Positions 1 through 14,364 of a stretch of 64,000 nt of DNA are shown here, piece after piece. Location: assembly GCF_006345805.1 (NCBI RefSeq), contig NC_043003.1, positions 33,976,001 to 34,040,000 of the forward strand, written 5' to 3'. A model generated the notes under the pieces. That model ran no database searches and had not been told where the DNA came from. It saw only the letters and a program-made list of their open reading frames with translations. The stretch comes from Octopus sinensis (lineage: Eukaryota). Each line of letters begins with the position of its first letter. Positions within the stretch are counted from its first letter, which is position 1. Made by a program: the position numbers and the translations under genes.

Positions 1-261
1 CTTGGATCTTCCTAGATTTTTGCTAGATTAGCTGCGTGAGACTGAAAGTACACGAGACGGTAAGATGTCAAATAGTCGGTAGCTTTCACAAATAAAGAGT
101 TCAGTTGATCAACAAATTTAACGTTCATCGTTGAGATCCATGAAAAGTCCATCACATGCGTAGTCATGCCCACACTACACATACACATGCATGCATATTT
201 GTATGTCTATCTATTATCTATCTATCTACTTATCTATCTCTCTTTCTCTCTCTCTCTCTCT

Positions 262-297
<36 letters not shown>

Positions 298-301
<4 letters not shown>

Positions 302-471
302 AGGCATGGCTGTGTGGTAATAAGCTTACTTCCCAACTACATGGTTTTGGGTTCAGTTCCACTGCATGGTATTTTGAGTACGTGATTTCTACTATAGCCA
401 AGGGTCGACGAAATCCTTGTCAGTGAATTTGATAGTCAGAAAGCTGAAAGAAGCCCGTCGTATATATATAT
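298..471 (+). mobile_element. tRNA-derived SINE, CORE-like family (octopus OR2-like), diverged
   Basis: tRNA-like head gcgcaggcatggctgtgtggtaa...gggttcagttccac; body ends ctgaaagaagcccgtcg plus (TA)n. The same family occurs at 30530-30620 and 47776-49135 (minus). Confidence 0.7.
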
Positions 472-2149
472 ACCAATTTCATCTACTAATTACTTCAGTC
501 TACTGGAGGGATAAAATTATAATGAGGTATTTTTTCCTCTTGGCTGAAACCGCTGCAAGATATTTTCCCAATTTCTATTCCTGTATGTTATATGTTTTAA
601 TAATTACTGTTACCTTTATACATTATTTATGTAAAGCATAATATGTTATACATGTATGTATATTGCTGTAATTGTCACCCATATCTATAAAACAGTCCTT
701 GGACGAAAATTGTAAGCACATTTTTGCTTTGACGGTTAATGGCGGCTAAACCGAGGTTAGGGTCGAGCTGAAAATTGGCAGGGATACTAAATGCGTGGTG
801 AGGATGAGACCCGCGATGGTTGAAATTCGCAAGCTATATAGACGTGGTTGCTATGGCAAAAAGAGTGATTTTTTATCGATTCAAGGGGGCCCAGAGCCCC
901 TCTAGGTTTGTGCGATTGGCTATTAATTCCCAGCGGCATGCACTGCAGGCTGTTGTGCTTAATAAACATACATTTTGTCGCGAAATTCCGGCTACTAGGA
1001 AACGATTTTTCATTGTGAAAAAACGTATGCTTTTCGCCCTCATTTTCTTTTTAATCTCTTTATAAAAGTGAAAGGATTTCGTCTATTTATATCTGCTGTC
1101 TAATTACGACGGTGATTCAGTTGACTGGGAAAAGTATACGTGATGAATATCCATTACCAAACTATCTTAATCTAAATATTGAAACTACATTAAACTTTGG
1201 CAAGCTTACCTTTACCTATTCTGAGTTACTTGAAAGGTGATGTTCCCTTCCCTCTCTTCTGACTGTTGATACCTTTTTTTTACCTTTGATACCGTTGTTT
1301 CACTTTAAAGATGCTTCTTTACCCAGCTATTATATTTCGACTGCTGTCCATTGTTTCAAATTGGTTTTAGCATTGTCATTCTAGCCTTTTTTAAACACTC
1401 ACATATGATTCGTCCCAAAGAATCAACTTTTAAATAAGAGTTTTGCTTCCATTAGCGAAAACTATAGGTATCTTTCAGGAAGCTCCATACCAATTTTACT
1501 TTATGCAGCATTCGCTGTTAGTTTATGTGCACGCTATGTGGGAAGATAGAATAAAAGGGCTTTTGTTAGCGTTTCTCTCCGAAAAAAAATAGCTCCCTTT
1601 GTTGTTGAAAAAAATAAACTCGCAGAGGGGAAGTTTCAACATCTTCCTTCAATTTCATTACACCATTTATGTGGCTGTTTCTGACAAGAAATTTCGCTTT
1701 CATGTAAAACAACTATATTTTGTAGCCATTATCCGTCATCTACGCCCCAATCACTTCAGTAGCTCTACTTCATATCGCTTTCAAACTTATATGTTCTATG
1801 ATAATCAAAGTGCAACGACCTCCACAATAACCAGCCTTCAATTTAATTTTCCGTTTCTAGGTTGATCGGAAACAGATTGCCATGCTACATATAAACCTTC
1901 TCGGTAGTTCAATTATTTGGTGAAAAAAAATACCACCAAAGCAACTTAAACCGTCCAAAGGACAGGTGCGTTTGCTCGTTTTAGTAAATAAATGAATTGA
2001 CATAGTATAATGTCTAAAAGTTGATGAATACCACCTATTGATCTCCTCCATTTCCTTATTACTCTATACATACATACATACATGCATACATACATACATA
2101 CATACATACACACATACGCACAGACACAGACACACACACACACATACAC

Positions 2150-2372
2150 ACACACATATGTATTTGTGGGGGTGTGCTTGTTCTCCCCTCCCCCCCATCG
2201 CCTGACAACCGATGTTGATGTGTTTACGTTCTCGTAACTGACTGGCTCGGCAAAAGAGACCGTGAAAATAAGTATTGGGCTTACATAGAATAAGTATTGG
2301 GGGTCGATGTGTTCGACTAAAGGCAGTGTTCCAGCACGGCCGCGGTCAAATGATTGAAATGAGTAAAAGAAT
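2150..2372 (-). mobile_element. Abundant SINE-like repeat (ttttact-gtttcagtcatt...gccgaaccgctaagttacggggacgtaaacac family)
   Basis: Reverse complement aligns by eye with the copies at 27350-27515 and 47520-47690. Confidence 0.65.
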
Positions 2373-2942
2373 AATACGGGGCGCGGACGGTATTCGTTTG
2401 CAATTTTCAACTGCATTTTTTTTACTTTCGTTGTCGGTCCTCTCCTTGAATGCGATAACCATATTTCCTTTATATTTTGGCAGAATAATTTGTTATGGGA
2501 AAAATTTACCTTTTTATGGTTGGTCTGCACCCAAAGCTCTGTCGAAATCTAAATCTACATCTAACTTGGGCAAGTGCACTATCGGCAGCTTTACTTATAA
2601 CAATAATAATAATAATAATAATAATAATGGCTTCAAATTTTGCCACAAGGACAACAATTTGTGGGGAGTGGATGAGTCAAGAACATCTTTACTCTTTGTA
2701 CTTACCACAACTGAACTTTCAGAGAAAGTTCGCTTTTCTTAACGTTATTGCTTTTCTAACGATCATTACTCAGCTAAACTTTTAAAACTAGTTCAAATCT
2801 TTATTCTCAATTTTTACATGTTTATTATCAACTGTATGCTATGTTTGGTATCAAAGGTTTTATTAATTAAAACAACACGAATACTATAGAAATATAATTA
2901 TTTCTAATTCTTTCTAAATGGGACTACGGCAGCGGTACTGAA

Positions 2943-3383
2943 TATTAGTAGTTATCGCCAATCTAACATGGCAGTCCAGAAAAATAGGACGAATGCTGCC
3001 GTTGATTAGCTCCAAGAGGCCATCACCTCTAGCTAGCTATGTGACTCACAAACCTGAGTCCATTATAACCTTCGAACAGCGGAGGTCAGCAGCTTCCCCT
3101 TGCTGGTCTGGCACCCACAGACTAGTTTCGGGGTGGTTGCTTCTTATCAATGTGGAGTAGCCGAACCCAGCAGGCGTCGCTGCTGACCGACTGTTCCAAA
3201 CTAGTCTGTAGATGCCAGACCAGCAAGGGGATGCTGCTGACCTCCCCTGTTCGAAGGTTATAATGGACACAGGTTTGTGTGTCACATAGCTAGTTAGAGG
3301 ATATGGCCTCTTGGAGCTAATCAACAGCAGCATTCGTCCTATTTTTCTGGACTTCCATGTCAGCTTGGCGATAACTATTAATA
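2943..3383. repeat. About 440-bp foldback (arms ~188 bp, spacer ~65 bp), probably Penelope pLTR-derived
   Basis: 2943-3130 is the reverse complement of 3196-3383 with few mismatches (e.g. ggacgaatgctgccgttgattagctccaagaggcc / ggcctcttggagctaatcaacagcagcattcgtcc). Confidence 0.9.
3115..3155 (-). ncRNA. Degenerate minimal type I hammerhead motif (core UUGAUAA)
   Basis: Minus strand CCACA-UUGAUAA-GAAGCAACCACCCC-GAA-ACUAGU-C-UGUGG. Stem I is a perfect 5 bp, stem III is palindromic, the site is GUC; stem II is weak. Confidence 0.55.
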
Positions 3384-3796
3384 TCACGAATACTGATTTG
3401 ATTTTATCTGTTTTTGTTTTTTTCCAAAACTTTTGTTTTCATTTACACTCCCTTAAAGCTTTTCCTTCAGCGTAGTTAGCTTCTAGTAGGTATTTTATTG
3501 TTTTCTATACATAGAGAACCCGAATTGTTTTTCTTTTTCTTCATAATGCCTTATTACTCGAATCATATCATCGTTGTCTACTTCTAAGTACTTTTCTATA
3601 CCTACTCTTATTACCTTGTAATTCTCTATTTTGAACGACGCGCTACCTCCCTGAGTGTAAGGTAGATGTTTCTCCGATCTATATCAGCTTTGATTAGTTC
3701 CTAATTTTCTTTGCTAGTGGTGGTGGTGGTAGCAGCAGCAGCAGCAGCAGTACTAGTAGAAGTAAAACTCTTTGCACCATCAGAAGTATCTCTCTT

Positions 3797-4063
3797 GGGG
3801 AGGCACATGGCCTAGTGGTTAGAGCAGCAGACCAGGTGATGTGTGTGTTTATGAGCGAAACACCTAAGCTTCACACGGCTCCGGCAGAAGATAATGGCGA
3901 ACTTCTGCTGATTCTTTCGCCACAACTTTCTCTCACTCTTTCCTCCTGCATCTTGCAGCTCACCTGCGACGGACTGGCGTCCCGTCCGGGTGAGGAACCT
4001 CTACGCCAAGGAAACCGGGAAACCGGTCCTTATGAGCCCGGCATGGTTTGAGAAGGAACAAAC
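3797..4063 (+). mobile_element. tRNA-derived SINE with V-domain-like core, B-box region deleted, 13-bp TSD
   Basis: A-box-like tggcctagtgg, core gactggcgtcccgtcc, TSD aagtatctctctt at 3784-3796 and 4064-4076. Confidence 0.85.
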
Positions 4064-4224
4064 AAGTATCTCTCTTAGCCGTGCCTATTTCTACCACATC
4101 GTCATCAATCTATGGATATAACTGACTTGAATCCTGAAGCTCACAAGGTCAACTACCAGTTTTCCATGGAGTATAATTGACCGAAACCACAACATTTTCC
4201 CCTTATCAGGACGACCAGACCATC

Positions 4225-4366
4225 ACAGGGTTACTCATTTATAGGTGAGACGACTGGAGTATTGTGTAATGAAGTGTTTTGTTCAATGCACCGCTCATCC
4301 GGGAATCGAAACCACGATCTTGTGAACGTGAGTGTAATGAAAACGCTAGGCCATGAATGTACCTCC
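4225..4366 (-). mobile_element. Diverged tRNA-derived SINE fragment
   Basis: Reverse complement carries gatcgtggtttcgattcccgg (B-box) and resembles 32908-33171. Confidence 0.55.
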
Positions 4367-4789
4367 AGTAAATCATATGACATCACTAAATCACTGCGTT
4401 TTCTCAAAGCGTTCAGGTCAAGGTACCCCACGCCATCTTTTCTTTTTCTTCTACTTTTCCTTTAGTCATACGTATTTTATTTATGTGAAAATCCAACACC
4501 GTTGGCTGCCTGTCAGCAGCTGAGGGTAAGGGTTAAATCGATCGATTATTGGCCAGATCTTTCTCTTCACAGCACACTGGCATACACACGATATGTCATA
4601 AATCTCTTTCCTCAAAATCATTTGGAGGTCGTTTGAGTTCATACTTTGACTGCCACCTAAAGTAGCAAATCATTGGCGGCAACATCAGCATCAGCAACAG
4701 CAACAACAGCCGCAGCAGCAGCAGCCGTATCAGCAGCTGCAGGATCAGGGTCCCCTATAGTAGTAGTAGTAGTAGTAGTAGTAAGAATA

Positions 4790-5570
<781 letters not shown>

Positions 5571-5571
5571 C

Positions 5572-5902
5572 GAGGCGCAATGGCCCAGTGGTTAGGGGAG
5601 CGGACTTGAGGTCGTAGGATCGCGGTTTCGATTCCCAGACCGGGCGTCGTGAGTGTTTATTGAGCGAAAATGCCTAAAGCTCCAGCGAGCTCCAGCAGGG
5701 TGTTGTACTCTTTCACAACAACTTTCTCTCGGTATCTTCCTGCTTCTGTTGTACTTGTATTTCAAAGGGCCATCCTTGTCAAACTCTTTAAGGGTACACG
5801 TATCTGTGGAATGCTCAGCCACTTGCACGCTAATTTCACGAGCAGGCTGTTCCGTTGGTCGGATCAACTGGAACCCTTGTCGCAACCGACAGAGTGCCAA
5901 AA
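5572..5902 (+). mobile_element. tRNA-derived SINE (ggcgcaatggcccagtggttaggg family)
   Basis: A box tggcccagtgg, B box ggtttcgattcc; body shared with 40029-40415 and 42050-42235. Confidence 0.85.
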
Positions 5903-5933
5903 TTGTATATATGATAAAATTCCGTGCTGCATC

Positions 5934-5965
<32 letters not shown>

Positions 5966-6245
5966 ACGTGTGTACCACTACGTATATATATAAGCGTGCA
6001 TGTATAAAACATATATTTGACTATATTTTTGAAATAGAGTTGTTTAGGGTTGCCCAAATTGCAATTAAACTGCAGCTGTTCATATCTTAAAATTTTAGAA
6101 CCTCCATTAGGCGGTAGAATGAACTGAATTTATTTTTAAATTATGATCTCGTGGTGTAAGCACATTAAGAGGTAGGATTTGCAAAATTTTAATACTATTT
6201 TCTGATCGAAATAATCTTCGTATTGTTCTAATAGAACATAGCCTG

Positions 6246-6430
6246 GAATTTTGTGGGAGAGGGCTATTTGATTACATCGAACCCAGAACGCAAATGGTAC
6301 TTATTATATCGAATCCGAAAAGTAAAGTCGAACTCGGTGGAATTTGAACCCAGAACGCAAAGACGGAAGAAACACCGCTAAGTATTTTGTCCAGCGTGCA
6401 AAAGATTCTGCCAGTTTGCTGCTTTAACAA
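6246..6430 (-). mobile_element. SINE with Deu/Nin-like core (gagttcaaattcc...gtcgactttgcctttcatcctttcggggtcgat family)
   Basis: Reverse complement matches the family repeated more than 15 times in the window. Confidence 0.75.
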
Positions 6431-6569
6431 CAATTCTAGTAATAAGACTTTCTTTGTCTGCCACAAGGGTTGCACGAAATCATTTAGGACAATAGAAAGA
6501 TAAAGAACAGTAGGTGATTTCATAAATGCGTGTGGAATTATAAACATGCAATAACATTTAGCAAGACAA

Positions 6570-7330
6570 ATCTAACACGAAATTCTCAAAACACGGGGTA
6601 GTAACACCCAGGAATAACCAAGGAACCTCACAGATCTTGGGTCTCACTGACGGTTAAGAGCGCTACCGGGAGTCGTCCCGTTTCTATTCTTCTTCACCAG
6701 CCTGTAAATACAAGCTGGAAGTAGATCCACTCACTCGAGTCATCCTCGCCATATTCACTCACATTTATTGGGAGAGGGCAGCAACTCTTTCTCCAGCCTC
6801 TCCTTCCATTTCAAATGGAAGGAAAATATTTATCTTCAATCTTTTCAATATTTTCCACCACTCAGCTTCTTTCGCCATAGCCAGTAGAATGAAGAAAGCT
6901 ACCTGCCCACCGAAGCCTAAGGAAAGCAGCAAAACGATCTTCCCAATGGAATTGGCTGATTATCGGATCCATCACAAATGCCGCTACAGTTGTTCAACAG
7001 AAATCCACTAGTCAGCAATGCTCGGGCGCTGTACAAGCGCGAGCAAAATGATTTCGTCGTTCTGCTTGCATCTCATGCTTACCGTCTGAAAGCACTACCA
7101 TGCCTATAGAGGTTATGCTGCACTGGAAAATCCTCCACCTCATCTGTAAGGCCTGTCAGGTCATGGATTTCTCGAAATTTTCCGTAGACTCTGGACCGAA
7201 AGCCTCAGGAAAAAAACATTTTGTTGATTCTTTTCGACTCCTAGATTCTTCTCACCAAACATATCATCGTTCTTATACACCATAAATCTTCAACTGAACA
7301 CTATGGTGGAGCGTATACCGATTGCTGTAC
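6570..7330 (-). pseudogene. Decayed L1/Tx1-clade LINE ORF2 C-terminus (zf-RVT region)
   Basis: Minus-strand translation with stops and frameshifts: FGPESTENFEKSMT*...PVQHNLYRHGSAF...RCKQNDEIILLALVQRPSIAD*WISVEQL, resembling CxxC..ET..HAL..CP. Confidence 0.6.
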
Positions 7331-9424
7331 CATACAAGTGGAGAGCTGTGTGCGCCTAACGACACTTTAGGCACCGGCACCGTCGGTCTGCGCTCGATTT
7401 ATACTACAACCCTTTGAAAGATACCAACTATGGAAAAGTGAGTCTGACAGGCTGTGCTGACATCTGCTAATTGTTAGAAAACAGTGGAGACATTGCAGTT
7501 TCATCATTAACCACAAGATTTGTACCTAGCTATGGAATAGATAAATTATTCGATTTATCCAATTACCTAATAGATTTCATCAGTAGTGATCAGACATGAA
7601 AAAGTACATTGATAATATTAGCAGAATCCCTTTTGTAAGCTCTAACAAATATAATGATTTTCTAAATAAATATAATATGCTGCTTTGATAGTTTGAAATG
7701 TGAATTATACAGAAGATAATGATATTGCAGAAGGTATGAGTGAAATATGAACCAGAAAATAAACAGGAGAAATTCAAACATTAGTTTTTTTCATGGAGAA
7801 TTTTAAATTGTTTGAGAAGATTGAAAACAAAATAAACATTTTAGTTTAAATTGTTAATTTTTATATAAGTAGAGCGTTCGGAATAAACAAGAACTATATA
7901 CTTATACTAAAAACAGGGAAAATAATGTCAGTAGGCGGATAATGTTGCTTGACAGTGAAGTAGAAAATAATACTAAAAATTTTTATGAATATTAGATTCG
8001 ACTTGTTAAAATTCTATCAAAATCACTCTTTCATCTGAATCTCCCGATCTCTTCGTTTTCAGCACATCAACTTCTTAAAGTGTTTAAAAATACTACTATA
8101 GTGGCGTCTACTCCTCTCATCTGTCTTATTGCCTTCAACTTCCGAAACCACGCACTGATTACTGTTTTCAGTCCTTGCTTCCAAGAACGTTGACAATCTG
8201 GAAAGTCTTCTTTGTTTATGAAACTTCCAAATAAAATTTCATGACGAACAGAAACAATTTCACCGTTCTAGTTAAGCCTGTAAATATCATGGGGTATAAT
8301 ATCTTCCTCCAAACATAGAAGTGATAAAAAAAAACGTCCAATACTTTTTCCCCTTCTCTCAATTTATATCTGTAAAAAGAACCTGAAGGGTTAATAAAAC
8401 CATGTCACTTGTGCAAGTTAAATAAGAAAATGAAGAATTTACAGAAAGTAAGGTTTGAGTAGAAATTCTTGAACAGGAGTGGTATTTAAACCACCGTTAA
8501 ACAAAGTTGATGCTCTTATCAAAGTGAGGTATAACATACAGTAAACCTTGAATTGCACTCAGTAAATGTTAAGCCGTCTATGAAAGGGGAAATGGATGAG
8601 GAATCTAGTAATGAGGGCACTGCTGATGTGACCACAAAGTATATAAATAACAGAGCTATGCCGAGTGTTGGAGAAGTATGTAAAATAAGGAAACGTCCAC
8701 AATGAAAAACATTTGATGATTGTAGTGTACATAATAATGTCCTCGATGAATATTATACACGCTATATCGAGCCAACTCAGCCTCCTCTACTCTAAGAAAG
8801 CTAACAGATCCTCGAAGCTGATGGACGTATATGACGGCCAGAAATGTAAAGATTCACACAATTGCACTAACAATTTTGTGTGCATAAGGTTCAGTAATTT
8901 CGTCAATTCCCCTCTCCTTTGGCATTCGACGGCTCAAACTAAGATACACTAGTTAACAATTTTCTCCACTCAGCTTTTAGCAAATAGAAAATAGGTCCGG
9001 AAACACTACTCGGAAAAAAATCTCAGACAACGGAATACTAGCTTTGGAAGACCAGATTCAAAAACAACAAACTGTCATTTTATCACATGGAAATGCACCA
9101 AAGAAGAAATTAGTTTGCTCTGACTGAATGCTAATGCTAACGAATATATGTTATTAACCTATCTATCTATCACTCTCTATCCATATCGCACGCTCTCTTT
9201 CTTACTTTCTTTCTCTCGCCCTTTCTTTCTTTCTTACTCTCTCCCTTTCTCTCTCTCTCTCTATCTACCTATCTCTCTGTCTGTCTATTTAACAGGCTTA
9301 CCGAAAGTGTATTTACATCCAGTGTGCTATATATGCACACATATACATACATACATGCATACATACATATATACATACGTACATGCAAATATGTACACAC
9401 ACACGTATATGTATATGTAGTAAT

Positions 9425-9456
9425 ATATTTATATATGTCTATCTATCTATCTATCA

Positions 9457-9533
<77 letters not shown>

Positions 9534-9554
9534 CCTATCTATCTATCTATCTAA

Positions 9555-9625
<71 letters not shown>

Positions 9626-9643
9626 ACTATCTATCTATTTATT

Positions 9644-9736
<93 letters not shown>

Positions 9737-9760
9737 GTCTATCTATCTACATATATATAT
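9425..9760. repeat. (ATCT)n tetranucleotide microsatellite, about 300 bp
   Basis: Direct inspection. Confidence 0.95.
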
Positions 9761-10614
9761 GTGTAGAGCAGATGAAACCATAGCGACTGAAGAAGGGGTT
9801 TTTTCTATGTGTTAATTGTCCAGTATTCTATTTTTTTGTTGTTTAAAAAAATGTCCAGTTCCTTGTGTTTGTGTCTATGTTTTCGTTTCTCATTGTGTTC
9901 GACGTCTTTTTTGGTGTCCTATACTCATATATGCGTGTATATGTACATGTAGAGGTAGGTAGGTACATATATGTTTATATATATGCATATGTTTTATTTA
10001 TTAATATATATATATATATATATTCACATCGTGGTAATTACAATGCACTACATCACACAACATAAAATAAAACTTGACAGGAAAAACAACAGCAAACAAC
10101 TAATCCATCTTATATAGAATTCCCCGCAAAACTCGAAGATTAATTATGGAAGCCATATTAATAGCCCAAACACAACGCAAGAGTATCGACGCACTTAACA
10201 ATCTACACCTGTAACTCACACAGACACAGACACACACGCACACACACGCACGCACACGCACACACGTGAGCGCACGCGCAAACACACACACACAAACTCG
10301 CGTACAAATAAAATCGCCATGATTGCTGAAATAAAACTTGACTGAACAGTCAAACGGTCATAGCCGGAAATAGTGTCACCCCTAACAATTAGCCGATCCC
10401 AGTACTGTTCAATACAATAAAAACGTATTAACAACTTGTCAGCAAGCATCATTTCAACCGGAAGATAATAGTTTCTAGAATCGTGGAGGGGTAAAAAAAA
10501 ATTTAATATTCCAAAGCAAAGAAAAAGTAAATTTGCAAGTTATGGAAAAGAATATTTATAATTAATAATGTTAACAACGCATAGTCCTGTTCGCCATCTT
10601 ATGCAAAAAACACA

Positions 10615-10804
10615 CTTATGTATGTAAGTATGTATGTATGTATGTATGTATGTATGTATGTATGTATGTATGTATGTATGTATGTATGTATGAATGTATG
10701 TATGTATGTATGAATGTATGTATGTATGTATATAGATATATCTGTGTAAGCAAGTGTTTTTATATGTGTTTGTACAAATATGTATGTTTATAGATACGTA
10801 TACA

Positions 10805-10856
<52 letters not shown>
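10615..10856. repeat. (ATGT)n and (AT)n microsatellites
   Basis: Direct inspection. Confidence 0.9.
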
Positions 10857-10860
<4 letters not shown>

Positions 10861-11070
10861 GGTGGAGAATTCACAAAAAAGAAAATACGAAGAGAGGTAG
10901 TGTAGACAACAAGCAGATGTATTAGTATAACGCTCGGGAAGTGAAAAAGTCTTAAACATTTCGAGCCTATGCTCTTCCACAGACAGGAACACAGAAAGAA
11001 ACAAGGAGAGAAAATAAAGAATGTGTAGTGGATAGCGATCTATCATGGCGAAGGCCGGACAGAAGAGTCA
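10857..11070 (-). mobile_element. Short repeat carrying a degenerate HHR-like motif (10951-10986), same family as 30332-30510
   Basis: Shares cagatgtattagtataacgctc...tttcgagccta(c/t)gctcttc; minus strand CUGUGGA-A-GAGC-AUAG-GCUC-GAAAUGUU. Confidence 0.6.
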
Positions 11071-11660
11071 TACAGGATAGCTTGGGAGAAGGGGAGATAA
11101 TAAAGTGGTGGTGATGCATGCATACATACATACATGAACATATATGAACACACACATACATAATGATTTCGTATAAGCATATCAAAAGCACATTCATGTA
11201 TGCATATAGAATATGTGTGTCAGTGCATGTGCATATGTGTTTGTATGGCTATGTCCATGTATGTCTATATCTGTCGTTTAAAGTTCGACTCTCAGCTTCA
11301 CCATCCAGTTACTTGTCGGGCAATTATATAGCTTTGATGCTATGTATGTTAAAATAACAATGAAATATTACGATGGATTAATATTGCAAAACGAAACGTT
11401 GGACAATGAAGCTGAAAGTTAACGTAATAGCTTTCGACTTGTTTCCGTTTAGGATCGCATGTCCCCTCCCGTTTGAGTCCTTAACGAACTAAAGTTTCGT
11501 GTCATAGGTTCTGAAGTGGTACGCAGGCCTGCTGTGGACCTATTGATAATTATTTGCTGATTATCATTGGAAAGTGACTTGTTAGTGAGTATTCTTAAAT
11601 CTTACTTTTATCCTTGGGCTAGTGAATAGATAAGGGTCTAGAAAATGCCTTACAACATAA

Positions 11661-11957
11661 GTTTGTTGTTTGTTCTTTCTCAAGCCTGGCTCATAAGAGC
11701 CGGTTTCCCGGTTCCTTGGCGTATAGGTTCCCCACCTGGACGGGACGCGGTTCCGTCACAGGTTAGCTTCAAGATGCAGGAGGAAAGAGTGAGAGAAAGT
11801 TGTGGCGAAAGAGTCAGCAGAAGTTCGCCATTACCTTCTGCCGGAGCCGCGTGGAGCTTGGGTGTTTTGCTCATAAACACACACATCGTCCGGTCTGAGA
11901 TTCGACCCCACGATCCCTCGACCGCGAGTTCGCTTCTCTAACCACTAGGCTATGTGT
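11661..11957 (-). mobile_element. Full-length tRNA-derived SINE with V-domain-like core and 12-bp TSD
   Basis: TSD cttacaacataa at 11649-11660 and 11958-11969; A and B boxes on the minus strand. Confidence 0.88.
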
Positions 11958-12999
11958 CTTACAACATAAAATAGACACATGGCCAGCAATTTTGAGGGGA
12001 GCGGTTTAATCGATAATACAAACTCCAATACGTGACTAATATTTCATATTATCGATCACCGAAGGATGAAAGACAATGCTGAACTCGGCAAATCTGGCGC
12101 TGGAGTCTTTAAAATGAAAAGAAATGACACACTGCATAATGTATTTTTTCATATGAAAAATATTCACGGTGGTCACAGCTGTCATGCCTTTTATCCATAG
12201 TTATGATGGATTAGGGCTGACCTGGGATAAAGCATAACAACAGTAGTACACTAATACCGCTGCACCGATACTGAGGTAAATCATTTAAGCAACAGTTATA
12301 TACTTATCAACAACATTAAGAACAACAATAATAGCTAAAAAGCAGCGGCAACTTAAAACAACAACAAAAAGATCAGCAAAATCAACGATAAGAAAAGTAG
12401 CCGCAACCAGGACCAGACAAATAACGAAAGCCATTATTATGTTACCGGAACAAAGCTATGAACAAGGTGAACAAGAATAAATAGAAGAATAAGAAAAACA
12501 GCAATAATACACGAAGTTGAAAGGAGTAAGAAATAATCAATAACTGGACATTGTGTATGTTATCTAGAACAGATTTTAGGCAAAGTCAAAGGGTGATTGA
12601 TGAAATGTCTCCTTGTTTGTACTTGCTACACTACAATAATTTAACGGAACCATACTCCGGGTTTAGATTTCAATCGAAGTTGATGAATGAATAGACAGAA
12701 TAAAAGTTGCTGGATTAGAGCGAGATTATTATTTGAAATGATTTCTGCTGAAGTAAACGAAGGTGTTTCTATGTGGTCGCTTGATCTGTTAGAAAAAGTA
12801 GCCAAAATCTCCTAATGCGCAGTCAACTACTTTTAAAATTAAAAATAAAAGAAGCACACTAGATAATGTAGTCACAGATAAAACCTGTGCGCACCTGCCA
12901 AAGGCCATTAAAAACATGTTTATCGCAGATGAATTTCTTTTGATCATTAGTCAACCTTCTTTTCAATCTGGCTTCGTTTGAATCTAAGCGTCTACAACG

Positions 13000-13225
13000 A
13001 TATGGGAGGCGACAAACTGGCAGAATCGTTAGCACACTGGACGAAATGCTTAGCGATGTTTCGCCTGTCGCTACGTTCTGAGTTCAAATTTCGCCGAGGC
13101 CGACTTTGTCTTTCATACTTTCGGGGTCGATGAAATAAGTACCAGTTGAGTATTGGGGCCGATGTAATCGACTAGTACTCTGCCCCCACATTTCAGGCCT
13201 TGTACCTATGGTAGAAAGTATTATT
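13000..13225 (+). mobile_element. Deu/Nin-like SINE copy
   Basis: ctggcagaatcgttagcac...gagttcaaatttcgccgagg...ggggtcgatgaaataagtaccag. Confidence 0.8.
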
Positions 13226-13999
13226 TGAGATCATTAAGTTAAAACCCACAGTTCGCAGTGACTAGTGGGTTGTCTGTGAAGACAAATCAAAGAAAGTAAG
13301 TTTGATCAATCAATTACCCTCTGTTGATTTTTTTTATCGACTAAAACCCTTCAAGGTAGTGTCCCACCATTGTTGCTTTCTAATAACAAAAACAAGTAAA
13401 AGATAAGGAAACTTGAAAAGTGAGTTGATACGGTATGGTCCATTATAGAGATTTGATACGGTATGGTCCATTATAACTACGTTATATTATGAAGTCCTCG
13501 CCTTCTTAACTAAATAATAATGTGGAGGTGACCTCTATTTCACACATATATAAAAGCGACACATGCTGAATAGGTTAGGAAATATAGACGGATACAAAAT
13601 TAGCATCTGTATGGGTAAGATAATCTGTTAAAGCCTTCCTTCTTATTAGATTTTTCTTACAGAACATTGGGAAGCGGAGTTTGTTACACACCATTCAGTT
13701 AAAGAGCCTGCAGAAATGCAAAATGTTGAGAACTACCGATTTAGGACTACAAAATCACCATCATATTTTCTTGATAGAATGATAGGGTTTGATGTCATGA
13801 AGATTTGATTGCTATACCTAGTAGATAGAAAACCTTGCGTAATTTTTGCTATTTTTTTTTTGGCATGATTAAAATCTGGATCTGCGAAGACTTGTTGAGA
13901 GGGTCTTCTTTGGTAACATGGTAATAATTGTAATAGTAAGTGTAGGTGGGTTCATGGAGTACCAAGAAGCTAGATTAAGGAGCTATGATCACATTTCGA

Positions 14000-14260
14000 A
14001 ATAACACATACTTCTACAACTCAGACACACAAGAAGCATTCTTGGATTTACTTATTTTTGTCGCCTTCCTTTATGAATTTCATACACTGTGGTGGGGTGT
14101 TTTGGGTTTATTAACCCTTGCAGACAGCCCTCATGCCAATTTCTACAAGGACTTTGTTTGTATTGGCCTTCTACCTTGCTCTAGAGCATGGTTTTGGGTG
14201 CTCAAAGTTGCACTGCTCAGTTTGCAGGATAGGCCTTTTACCTTGCGCATATTTTAAAGT
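14000..14260 (-). pseudogene. Possible decayed LINE ORF1 (CCCH-like) fragment
   Basis: Minus-strand pieces such as CNFEHPKPC and CMKFIKEG resemble CCCH-type CR1/L2 ORF1; heavily degraded. Confidence 0.25.
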
Positions 14261-14364
14261 CACTTGGTTTCAACAAGACGTCAACGACAGCACAAAGGAG
14301 GAAAGGCAATCTTTCCTAGTAAGTGCTCTAGAGTTCTTTTCAAGACAGTCGGCGATCGAATGCA

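Noticed and set aside
1-180. About 55-codon open frame on the minus strand
   Set aside because: Short and unrecognised, with no splice support.
5572-5650. tRNA-like sequences at SINE heads (also 11.9, 32.9 and 40.0 kb)
   Set aside because: They continue into SINE bodies with TSDs; they are not tRNA genes.
7535-7590. Minus-strand CUGAUGA...GAAU
   Set aside because: No GAAA, stem II or stem I; chance match.
8030-9100. Protein-like stretches on both strands
   Set aside because: Multiple stops, no recognisable family and no consistent splice phase.
13424-13475. Short direct repeat (ttgatacggtatggtccattata x2); similar one at 55947-56000
   Set aside because: Two-copy local duplications without spacers; not CRISPR-like.
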